DNA from: Planctomycetota bacterium
Lineage (GTDB): Bacteria > Planctomycetota > SZUA-567 > H5-PLA8
DNA length: 64,000 bases
Direction: 5' to 3'
Assembly (NCBI GenBank): GCA_045863855.1
Contig: BTVV01000013.1
Location: forward strand, 18,834-82,833
Shown: in pieces, positions 1 through 8,756 of the stretch
How positions within the stretch are numbered: the stretch's first letter is position 1
Layout: each line of letters begins with the position of its first letter
Made by a program: the position numbers and the translations under genes
The notes under the pieces: generated by a model
Databases searched by the model: none
The model's input: the letters and a program-made list of their open reading frames with translations, nothing else
What the model was told of the DNA's origin: nothing

Positions 1-72
1 GGTCTAACGGTTGCAATTCCAGCGCAAGCGCGCACATTAACGGGGTCAGCCGATTCGTCTGAGGAGCCGCAG

Positions 73-1506
73 ATGGTACGCAGAAGTCGGAATTGGATCC
101 TGGCCGGTTTCTTGCTGACGTGTTCCATCGCGTTTCGCGCGCACGCGGGCGCGGCCGAAACGCCGGCGCCAGTCTTTCAGCCGGTCCCTTTCTCCGCATT
201 GCCGGATTTCTCGAAGGAAGTCGAAGAGCGCGCCACGAAGAAGGGATTGGTGCACAACCACGGCTTGGTGGCCACGATCAACTACAAGGAATTCGAAAAA
301 CGCAAGCTGAGTATGCAGAAATGGAAGCTCCCGGTTTCGGCGACGGGCTTCAAGGAAGATGTGAACGTACAGATCGCGCTGCAGCCGGGCCGGGCGCCGC
401 TGGCGGTGGCCCTGCTGGGTTTTGCGATGAAACCCGACGGTAAGGTCGCGCAGGCTTGGGCGCACGACCTGCACAACGCCGGCTGCCACGTGCTCACCTT
501 CGATTCGGTTTTTTGCCCCGAATTGAATTGCTGTGTTGGGCACGGCGTGGCGGGACATCTGCACGCGGAGGCCGAGATCGTTGCCAAGCTGGTCGATGCG
601 GCGCTGATTCAGAAAATCGAAGTCGCGGAACGGTTGCGCGATCGGGTCAGCAGCATTCGGATTCTGGGCGGCAGCTACGGCGGCGCGCTGGCGTTGAACG
701 TGCTCAAGTTGCCGCGCGCCCAGGAGTGGCCGGTGGACCGCACGTTGCTGCTTTCGCCTCCCGTGCGCATGCGCACCGCCGCAAGCACCCTCGACCGTTA
801 TTTTCGTGACGACCTGCCGCTCTTTGGCCCGTCACTCATGAAGCTCCTCGACGGGTATACGCCCGAGGGCGCTCGGCCCACGCCACGGGAAGAGTCCTTG
901 ATGCGGGCCGGAATTGCCTACGACTTCCTCGGCACGCTCACCGAGATCCTCAAGGATAACGAGAAGCGTTATCTGCCGGGCACCTTGGCGCAGTTTGCGG
1001 AATCCGACTCGAACGCCAATGCCGAGCAGCGCCGCAAGATTGAAGAGGAGATTCTCAAAGGCCGACATAAGCGCCAAATCGAGGACCTGAAACTTCAGTT
1101 CCCCGGCTTCGACAACGACAAGGCGGTGAAGGATGCCTACGAGCAGGCGCGCAAGTACATGGAAGACCGCCATAAAGCCGAAAAGGAATCCGTGCGCCGC
1201 ACCTTGGCCAAACCCGACCACTGGGGCTTTCAAGACTACGTGAATTATCTCTGCGCCCCGGCTTGGAAAAAGGATGCCGAAGGTATCTGGATCTGTGGAG
1301 ACTTAGACAAGCACCTCGGCGAAGCGCCACCCTTTGTCCAGGTGGTGATGGCGCAGGACGATCCGTTAAACGATCCGGAAGAACTGGCTAACCTGCGTAA
1401 GCTGGTTGCCGAGCCCGCGCTGCTGGTGCTGCCTCACGGCGGGCATTTGGGCTACTGCGGCACGAAGTGGTTCCAGGAACTGATCAAGAAAACCTTCCAG
1501 CCGTAA
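73..1506 (+). CDS. Secreted alpha/beta-hydrolase fold protein
   Basis: Signal peptide (AxA), nucleophile elbow GGSYGG, Asp in QDDP, His in HGGHLG. Confidence 0.7.
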   Translation: MVRRSRNWILAGFLLTCSIAFRAHAGAAETPAPVFQPVPFSALPDFSKEVEERATKKGLVHNHGLVATINYKEFEKRKLSMQKWKLPVSATGFKEDVNVQIALQPGRAPLAVALLGFAMKPDGKVAQAWAHDLHNAGCHVLTFDSVFCPELNCCVGHGVAGHLHAEAEIVAKLVDAALIQKIEVAERLRDRVSSIRILGGSYGGALALNVLKLPRAQEWPVDRTLLLSPPVRMRTAASTLDRYFRDDLPLFGPSLMKLLDGYTPEGARPTPREESLMRAGIAYDFLGTLTEILKDNEKRYLPGTLAQFAESDSNANAEQRRKIEEEILKGRHKRQIEDLKLQFPGFDNDKAVKDAYEQARKYMEDRHKAEKESVRRTLAKPDHWGFQDYVNYLCAPAWKKDAEGIWICGDLDKHLGEAPPFVQVVMAQDDPLNDPEELANLRKLVAEPALLVLPHGGHLGYCGTKWFQELIKKTFQP

Positions 1507-1525
1507 CGTGTGTCCGCTGGTATGC

Positions 1526-3418
1526 CTACTCACCAAATGGGTTGGGCGCTTTGTACGACGCATCCAAAGCCATCAGAATTTCCGTGCTGCGGCGATGCCG
1601 GTCGCAAAGCGCGCGGAACGCATCGCGGTCCAGTAATTCATCCACATAAAGTTCGGCGCTAACCGGAGTTGGGATGCGTGCGTAGCGGCCCTCCCACTGC
1701 ACGTCCACTTGATCCGTGACATCTTTGCCCGCACGGTCGTAGACCGCGAATCGCGGTTGGTCCTTGAAGTACACGGCCAGCGTCTGCGCTTCCCAGCCCA
1801 GGAAAACCCACACCTTTGTCTTTTTGCGCTGCGTATCGAAGAACACGGGAACCATCATGCGAGCATCGCACGCGAGGTCGGGATCGTCGGCGCGGGCCGC
1901 CCAAGTCTCGAATCGGCCGATCGCGGACTCGAGGGCCGGGGCGTCGAACATCCGATCCAGATCCGCTTGCGGGAGTCGCCCCAAGACCTGTGGAAGCGCG
2001 AAATCGGCCGCGCGTGGCGCGGGAAGGCCCAACTGCCGTAGCGCCAATCCCGCCGCGCCAAGATGCAGGTCCATCACTTCCTGCAGTTCGGCAGCCACAT
2101 CCATCTCGACGGGTCCGGCTGCCGTTAGCCTATGCATCGAACGAAGCGCGTCGTCTCCGAAGGCTTCTCTGAGTGTACTTCGAACGGCCGCATACCCCAG
2201 CACTCGCCGCAAATAGTGCGTAGGCAGCGGCTCGATATCCAGCCGCGGCCGGATGGTGACCTTGGGCCGGTCGTTCGGCTCGGGCATGCCGCAGCCCGCC
2301 GCGGGAATTTCAAGCTGCTTGATCTGCGTCTCGCGCGCCAGCGCCATGAGGCTCTTGAATAGCTTCTCAAGATGCTTCGCGTAACGCGGCGAAGCCTCCG
2401 CGCGTTGGTGCTCCGGCAGTCGAGCGTAGGCGACCAGCGGTTCCAGGGACCACGCCACCCAGTCGTACCAGCCGCCATCCGGCTGCAGCGCCAATTTCCC
2501 GTTGCGAACGCGGGCGATCAGTTCGTCGATGAGGCTGAAGCCGTCCGGTATCGGGCGGTTCCCGTAGAGCTTTTTGACTAAATCCGTCTCATACGCGCGG
2601 GACGGCGGCAAGAACCGGTACATCGGAGATTCGGGTGCGAAGCGTCCCGCATCGAGTTGCCGCAGTAGTCCGCGCAAGTCGGGCGCGTCGGCCGAGAACG
2701 GATTGACCAGCCACTCCACCATGCTCAGGTAGCGTTCGTAAGTCGCCCGCACTTCGGGTTTGGCGTGCAGCGCCCGTGCGAGCGCCTCGACGCCGGCGAT
2801 CTCCTTCAGGTCGCTCTGCAGCATGCGATCCTGGCGGAAGATCCCGCGCAGTTCGTCGGACCACGTATAAAAGGAAATGGGCTTGGAACGAAGTTCGTCG
2901 CCGAGGAACTCTTCTTTAACCTGCTCGGAGCGTTCGCGAAGAGGCAGAGGGAGGTCCAGTCGCTGTCCGCCTAATTGCGCTGCGGCGGCCAGCGTGGCGG
3001 TTGTGGGCCCGGCGATTGTATTCAGATCGGAGACGAGTTCGCGCAAGACCCGCGCTTTGCCCGAAAACGTTCCGCAGCTGCCTTGTGCGGCAAGTTCGAC
3101 GGCCGCCACTAAGCCGTCGTCGAACTGCTTCGCTTTTTGCGCCAGTTCTGCAGCCGAAACGAACCGCTCGGCGCATTCGGACGCTTGAAGCGCTGCCGGG
3201 GCTGGGAAAAGCGCGCTAGAACCATATTCAGGCGGCAGGTCGATGCGGAGAGTCTGGGTAGTGGGATCGATCTGAGCGCGATAGTCATCGGCCTCGGTGC
3301 TGCCGCCCGCAGGCAGGCCTGCGCCCGGCGCGAGGGCAGGCGAAGCGCCGAACCAGCCTTTTATGCGATCCGCCCAAGAAGCCACGCGCCGTTCTCCAGG
3401 TAGCTTGGATGGAAGCAT
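1526..3418 (-). CDS. Hypothetical protein, distantly DUF3160-like
   Basis: ORF 1526..3784 overlaps the upstream gene, so the start is placed at ATG 3418; motifs PISFYTWSDEL and RETQIKQ...IEPLPTHY resemble DUF3160 motifs by eye. Confidence 0.5.
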   Translation of the reverse strand: MLPSKLPGERRVASWADRIKGWFGASPALAPGAGLPAGGSTEADDYRAQIDPTTQTLRIDLPPEYGSSALFPAPAALQASECAERFVSAAELAQKAKQFDDGLVAAVELAAQGSCGTFSGKARVLRELVSDLNTIAGPTTATLAAAAQLGGQRLDLPLPLRERSEQVKEEFLGDELRSKPISFYTWSDELRGIFRQDRMLQSDLKEIAGVEALARALHAKPEVRATYERYLSMVEWLVNPFSADAPDLRGLLRQLDAGRFAPESPMYRFLPPSRAYETDLVKKLYGNRPIPDGFSLIDELIARVRNGKLALQPDGGWYDWVAWSLEPLVAYARLPEHQRAEASPRYAKHLEKLFKSLMALARETQIKQLEIPAAGCGMPEPNDRPKVTIRPRLDIEPLPTHYLRRVLGYAAVRSTLREAFGDDALRSMHRLTAAGPVEMDVAAELQEVMDLHLGAAGLALRQLGLPAPRAADFALPQVLGRLPQADLDRMFDAPALESAIGRFETWAARADDPDLACDARMMVPVFFDTQRKKTKVWVFLGWEAQTLAVYFKDQPRFAVYDRAGKDVTDQVDVQWEGRYARIPTPVSAELYVDELLDRDAFRALCDRHRRSTEILMALDASYKAPNPFGE

Positions 3419-3456
3419 GCTACCAGCGGGGCAGTCCGATGGAAGACGGGTGGCCG

Positions 3457-5100
3457 CTACTTTTTCTCCGCGCCGCCTTGGCCGTAGCGCTCCTGCATGG
3501 CTTTGCGAATCGCCTCCGTCTGGCCTTCGGCGCCCTCTTTGAACCACTTGTGCTCGGGTCGCGCCAGCAAGGAGTCGATCACTTCGTTGACGGCTTTGGC
3601 TTGATCCGCCTTCCCGTGTTCGGCGGCGTGCTTGGTGATCTCGCGCGCCTGCGGAATCAGGTGGATGTAAAAGCGTTCGGCTACTTCGAACATGCCGTGC
3701 CAGTGTGTGTAGTCCGGCGCCATCATAGAGGCGCCGTGACGCGCTCGCCGGCCTTCGTGATGCCACAAGTAAAACCAGGTCCACTCGATCTCTTCGTCGA
3801 AGTCCGTCTTTGTACGCAAGCCTTGCTTGAGCAGTTCATTCATGATCTGCATGCCGGGCTTGGCGAACTTCTCGTTGTAGAGCACGACCAAGTCATCGTA
3901 CTGCTTATAGAAACCGTTGATGTAATCCGAGGTATGGCAGTGGCTGCAGCCGTTCTTCATGCGCTGGCGCTTCTGGTCGGCCGTATCGGCGATGAGTTTC
4001 TTGCGCTCCTCTGGATCCGTCGATGTCACGATCTGGTGGTTGGCGTCGGTATCCATGCGCAAGCTGATGGGCGGACGATTGGTCCACGAAATGCGCTCGC
4101 CCGGATCGTGCGTGGCCGGCTCGCGCGTATTGGCGGACATGTGGCACGTCGCGCACGTCGGCGCGGCGTTGTAGTCTTTGCCCAGAACCCAGGAATCCGC
4201 GTCGAGGTTCATTTGCTCGCGCAGGTCGCGGTAGGCCACGCCGTGTTTGGACTCCTCGTAGATCTCTTTTTGAGGGTGATCCGGCCCCAGGTGGCACTTG
4301 CCGCAATTCTCGGGCTGCCTGGCGCGCCGCGGCGAGAAATCGTGACGGCTGTGGCATGCGCTGCACGAACCGCGGCTGCCGTCCACATTGAGCCGTCCGA
4401 TACCCGTATTGGGCCAAGTGGAGGCATGGAAAAGCGGTTTGCCGTCATCGTTCTTAACGATCTTCGCCATGGCTTCGTGGTTGGTCGGCTTACCGTCGGG
4501 TCCGGGTTTCAGATCGTCGACATTGATCATCCCGCCATCGGAACTTTGAAACGCCACTTTGCTGCCGTGGCACTGCTGGCATCCGCTGAAGGCGCTCGCC
4601 ATGCCGTTTACCGAAGTCACGTCGAACCCCGGCGTGGGCCCGTGCGGATTAAAGGTCGCGCGGTGGCCTTCGACGGTCTCGGCGAGGAAGTTATCGAGCG
4701 ACGCAAGAATATTCCCGCCCTTGGAATGATGACTATGCGCGAATTCCAGCGCTTCCTTCTGATGGCATTTACCGCAGTCGCGCGGCGTGACAACCGTGGC
4801 AAGCGTCTGGCCGAAATGCGCGAACGCGTCGGCATCGCCGGATTCCGCCTGGTGGCATTCCACGCAGCCGACACCTTTGCGTGCATGGGTGCTGCCTTCC
4901 CAGTGAGCCACGATGCCCGGCTGGGCTTGCTTATGGCAATCGACGCAGGTTTGTGACGAGGCCGGAATCGCGATGTGCGGCTTAGCCAGCCCCGCTTCCT
5001 CTTGCTTGCGCACGACTTCCATCCATTGAACGAAGATCAGCGAAACCAGGAACAGAATGCCCAGGATCCCGATGATCGAGCGCTTGGTGGTCAGTTGCAT
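3457..5100 (-). CDS. Octaheme cytochrome c, hydroxylamine oxidoreductase (HAO) family, N-terminal membrane anchor
   Basis: Eight CxxCH motifs (CVDCH, CVECH, CGKCH, CQQCH, CSACH, CGKCH, CATCH, CSHCH); HAO-type RHxFS, CHLGPDHPQ.EIY.ESKHG and APTCATCHM; C-terminal MMAPDYTHWHG. Confidence 0.92.
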   Translation of the reverse strand: MQLTTKRSIIGILGILFLVSLIFVQWMEVVRKQEEAGLAKPHIAIPASSQTCVDCHKQAQPGIVAHWEGSTHARKGVGCVECHQAESGDADAFAHFGQTLATVVTPRDCGKCHQKEALEFAHSHHSKGGNILASLDNFLAETVEGHRATFNPHGPTPGFDVTSVNGMASAFSGCQQCHGSKVAFQSSDGGMINVDDLKPGPDGKPTNHEAMAKIVKNDDGKPLFHASTWPNTGIGRLNVDGSRGSCSACHSRHDFSPRRARQPENCGKCHLGPDHPQKEIYEESKHGVAYRDLREQMNLDADSWVLGKDYNAAPTCATCHMSANTREPATHDPGERISWTNRPPISLRMDTDANHQIVTSTDPEERKKLIADTADQKRQRMKNGCSHCHTSDYINGFYKQYDDLVVLYNEKFAKPGMQIMNELLKQGLRTKTDFDEEIEWTWFYLWHHEGRRARHGASMMAPDYTHWHGMFEVAERFYIHLIPQAREITKHAAEHGKADQAKAVNEVIDSLLARPEHKWFKEGAEGQTEAIRKAMQERYGQGGAEKK

Positions 5101-5118
5101 GAAAAGTGACTCCCTGAA

Positions 5119-6168
5119 TTAGTGCGCAACGGCGCCTTCCCATACGGTTAGCCCCACGATGGCCAGCACGGCCACGACACCTACCCACACGCTGAATTCC
5201 GACTTCGGCCAGAAACGCCGAATCCAACCGTCCAGCAGCGGCCACATGAACATCGTGAAGAGGATAAAGCCCATGCTCAGCACCGCGGCGGTGCCCGGGA
5301 AAAGTTTCAGCCAGCGGAACGTAACGTAGAAAAACCATTCAGGTTTGATCACTTCGGGCGTGATGAGCGGATCGGCTTTAGGTCCCAGCTCGGCAGGAAA
5401 AACCGTAGCCAGAACGCTCAGCACAATCATCAGCACTAAGCCGATCATCAGCTCGGTATACAGATGGTCGGGAAAGAAATTGAAATGCTTGGGCTCGTTC
5501 GGCTTCTCGTCCTCAAATTGGAACTCCGTCACGCCCTGCAGGCGGAGCAAGGTGATATGTACGCCCAAGAGTCCGACGATCGCCACCGGTAGAGCCGCGG
5601 CATGCAGGATGAAGAAGCGTGGCAGGGTCTGCTGATTGTAAACCTCCCCGGCCAACAGGAGGCGTTTCATCAACGGACCGATCAGCGGGACCGTTTCGTT
5701 GATGTTCGCGCCGACGGTCGCGCCCCAGTAGCTGAGTTGTTCGTAGACGAGGCTGTAGCCGGTGAATCCCGTCATCAAGGTGCAGACGAGCAGGCACATG
5801 CCCACCATCCAGTTTAATTCGCGTGGCTTGCGGTAAGCGCCGGTGAAAAAGACGCGCATCTGATGCAGGATCACCGCCGCGATCATCAGCGTCGCGGCCC
5901 ATTTGTGAATGCTTCGGATATACCAGCCAAAGGCAACCTCGTGCGTGATATGGCGAACGGACTCATAGGCCCGGTCGGGCGACGATTCGTAATACAAGGC
6001 CAGCAGGATACCGGTGACGATCTGGACCACGAAGAGGTAAGCGGGTGTTCCGCCCAAGCAAAACCACCAGCGCCTCAAGTGATTCGGCACCGGCTCGTTG
6101 GTCATTTCACGGAGCTGTTCGCCGCGGATTGGGATACGCTCTTTGAACCAAGCGTTTATGCCGAACAT
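5119..6168 (-). CDS. Cytochrome b of a Rieske/cytb complex (b6 + subunit IV fused)
   Basis: Four heme-b His ligands (SIHKW..ILHQMRVF; ILHAA..GVH), WFCLGG, SYWGATVG, KPEWFF. Confidence 0.93.
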   Translation of the reverse strand: MFGINAWFKERIPIRGEQLREMTNEPVPNHLRRWWFCLGGTPAYLFVVQIVTGILLALYYESSPDRAYESVRHITHEVAFGWYIRSIHKWAATLMIAAVILHQMRVFFTGAYRKPRELNWMVGMCLLVCTLMTGFTGYSLVYEQLSYWGATVGANINETVPLIGPLMKRLLLAGEVYNQQTLPRFFILHAAALPVAIVGLLGVHITLLRLQGVTEFQFEDEKPNEPKHFNFFPDHLYTELMIGLVLMIVLSVLATVFPAELGPKADPLITPEVIKPEWFFYVTFRWLKLFPGTAAVLSMGFILFTMFMWPLLDGWIRRFWPKSEFSVWVGVVAVLAIVGLTVWEGAVAH

Positions 6169-6169
6169 G

Positions 6170-6742
6170 TCAGGATAACTCCTGGGGGCCGGCCACTTCG
6201 CTTGCCGACAGGCCTTCTAGTTCCACTTCGATGAATAGCAGTCCGTTCTCTATAAGGAGCGGATAGCGCCCCAATGACTGTCCTTTGGGCGGGCCTTCGG
6301 TACCCAGTCCGGACGGGTTGAAGACGCCATTGTGGCAGGGACAATAGAAGCGGTCGTTTTGAGCTTACCAGTGAACCTTGCAGCCCAGATGAGGACAGAC
6401 GCTGGAAAGCGCGATGAAATCCTCGACGGAGCCCTGCGCCTGCTGGCGGGCGATCGTCACGCCGGCGCCGGTTGGCGTGCGGAATTCCTTGGCGCTGCCC
6501 ATCGGAAAATCTTGTACGGTGGATACGAACATCCATCCTTTTGCGGTAGCACCTGACGGATAAAGGTAACGGGCAGCGAACGACGCGAAGGTTCCATAGC
6601 CGGCGACCAATCCGCCAGCCATGGCTAAGGCCGAAAGCTTGGCCAGAAAGTCTCGGCGCTCTGGTGCTTCAGGCTCTGCGTTCGAGTGAGAGGTCGTATT
6701 CACGTGATGGGCTATGCTCCAGCTCATGGCATCGGAAGGCAT
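6170..6742 (-). pseudogene. Rieske [2Fe-2S] subunit interrupted by in-frame TAA at 6365-6367 (nonsense mutation or sequencing error)
   Basis: Tat motif RRDFL plus TM helix, box I CPHLGC; after TAA the same frame reads AQNDRFYCPCHNGVF..GPP..LGRYPL to TGA at 6170-6172, 1 nt from the cytochrome b ATG. Confidence 0.88.
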
Positions 6743-6967
6743 TCTTGCTAAGAGGACCTATATGTCTACTATAAAAGTCGGATTTTCACCATGCCGCTCA
6801 TATTTGGACACCAGAGGGTCGATTTTGTGGTGCCTTCGTTCGAATGCCGCAGCATCGGGAACGTGTGCATACGAGTGAATCTGGAGCACATTTCGTTCAG
6901 GTTCGACTTCAATGCACTCGAACTCATAAAGGGGGGGCTATTCTCACGCCCAAATTCAGTCAATCGA

Positions 6968-8416
6968 TCATATTCGCGTCAACGCGGCAAAGGCAGCCAG
7001 TGCTGCATCGCGCGCGTTCGCGTGATCGACTAGCGGGTGCGGGTAGGTCATGCCTAAATGCACGCCGGCCGCGCTTCGTTCCAGTCCCGGGCATTCCCAA
7101 GGACGATGTACATATCGATCGGGAAGCGACTTCAATTCGGGCGCCCAGCGCCGCACGTATTGACCCTGAGGATCAAACTTCTCGCCTTGGCTGACCGGAT
7201 TGAAGATGCGGAAAAACGGAGCCGCGTCCGCGCCGCAGCCGGCCGTCCATTGCCAGCCAAGCGTATTGTTGGCCAGATCCGCATCGACCAGTGTATCCCA
7301 AAACCAGCGCGCTCCTTCGCGCCAGGAAATCAGCAGGTCTTTCACCAGGAACGAGGCCACGATCATGCGTACGCGATTGTGCATCCAGCCGGTGTGCCAG
7401 AGTTCGCGCAGCCCCGCGTCTACGATCGGAAATCCAGTCGCTCCGCGCTGCCACGCGTCCAAGGCAGGCCGATTCCTGCGCCAAGGGAAGGATTGGAAGG
7501 ATGCTCGCAAGGGTTTGTGCGGCGTGTGCGGAAAATGGAACAGCAGATGATGCGCGAACTCGCGCCAGCCGATCTCGCGCAAGTACGTCTCCTCGGCGCG
7601 CACCCAGCCACCGCCGGAAGTTCGCTCCGCCGAAGCCCGCACCGCGTGCCAGACCTCGCGTGGGCCGATCTCGCCAAAATGCAGGTGCGGCGAAAGCCGC
7701 GAGGTCCCTGCTTGATCGGGCCGGTCGCGGCCGGCAGGATAATCCGCGAGGATGCCAGTCGTAAATCGCTTGAGGGCCGTTCGTGCACCTTTTGCGCCGG
7801 GGGTCCAATGCGCGTGAAAGCCGTCCGCCCAATCCCGGCTTGGCAGAAGCCCCAGCGAGTCCAGGGATACGCTTTGCGGCCAGCGGCTGGGAGCGGGCAG
7901 CGTACGCGGGCGCGCCAGCGGCTCCGGCGGCTCAGGTAGTTTCAAGCAGGCTTTCCAGAACGGGGTGAAGACCTGATAGGGCGCCCCGCCGCCCGTTTGC
8001 ACCGTCCAGGGCTCGAAAAGCAGCGCCGCGTTATGGCTTTCAGCCTCCCAGCCTTCTGATTTGAGCGCGCGCTTGAGCTTCGCATCGCGCCGAATCGCCG
8101 CAGGCTCATAACGCCGGTTCCAATACACCGCATGCGCGCCGGTGGCTTGCGCCACCGAACGTAGTTCGGCCAAACTTTCGCCGCGCCGAAGGATCAGGCG
8201 GGAGCCCTGCTTGGCCAGTTCGGCGTGCAGCGCCGCCAAGGAATGATGCAGCCACCATCTGCTGGCGGCTCCGGGCGCCCACGGTGCTTCCTCTTCGGGC
8301 GCCCAGATGTATACCGGCACGATAGGACCGCCGCGAGCCAACGCCGCACGCAATGCAGGCTGGTCGTCGAGTCGCAGATCCTGGCGAAACCAAACTAGGG
8401 TGGGCGATGCGGGCAT
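6968..8416 (-). CDS. phrB: Deoxyribodipyrimidine (CPD) photolyase
   Basis: WFRQDLRLDDQPAL, TSRLSPHLHFGEIGPR, GWMHNRVRMIVASFL, GWQWTAGCGADAAPFFRIFNP. Confidence 0.95.
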   Translation of the reverse strand: MPASPTLVWFRQDLRLDDQPALRAALARGGPIVPVYIWAPEEEAPWAPGAASRWWLHHSLAALHAELAKQGSRLILRRGESLAELRSVAQATGAHAVYWNRRYEPAAIRRDAKLKRALKSEGWEAESHNAALLFEPWTVQTGGGAPYQVFTPFWKACLKLPEPPEPLARPRTLPAPSRWPQSVSLDSLGLLPSRDWADGFHAHWTPGAKGARTALKRFTTGILADYPAGRDRPDQAGTSRLSPHLHFGEIGPREVWHAVRASAERTSGGGWVRAEETYLREIGWREFAHHLLFHFPHTPHKPLRASFQSFPWRRNRPALDAWQRGATGFPIVDAGLRELWHTGWMHNRVRMIVASFLVKDLLISWREGARWFWDTLVDADLANNTLGWQWTAGCGADAAPFFRIFNPVSQGEKFDPQGQYVRRWAPELKSLPDRYVHRPWECPGLERSAAGVHLGMTYPHPLVDHANARDAALAAFAALTRI

Positions 8417-8756
8417 CGATCGGCTTTCGAATGGTCAGGCGGTAAATCCTCTGCGCCTGTTGAACCTTGGGGTAGCCGCTGAAAGTAGGGTGCATCTTAC
8501 CGGCCTCGGCGTCACACGCCAATGGCCACCCTCAAGTTTGACAGAAGGCCTCGCCGAGGGGTATGAATAATTCGCCTTGGGAGGACGTTCCGATGTACGC
8601 ATGCTTTTCGATGTGACCGCCCCGCTTGCCTCCATCGCGCCATCCGGCGCGCCGGCTGTCCTGTTTTGAAATCAGAGTATATCGCCGCACCTGAGGTTGG
8701 CGCATTCGCGCGAGCCGGTACGATGCTTATACGGACTTAAAGCAAGGAGTCTTACC

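Noticed and set aside
3457..5100. Evidence for anammox or ammonia oxidation
   Set aside because: No hydrazine synthase, amo, cytochrome c554/cM552 genes in the window, and the cross-link Tyr appears absent
6365..6367. Selenocysteine/pyrrolysine or alternative-code readthrough of the Rieske stop
   Set aside because: The codon is TAA, not TGA/TAG, and TAA terminates many other genes in the window normally
8420..8700. T-box or SAM riboswitch upstream of metG
   Set aside because: No T-box bulge consensus or SAM-I core found; only a possible TTGACA promoter
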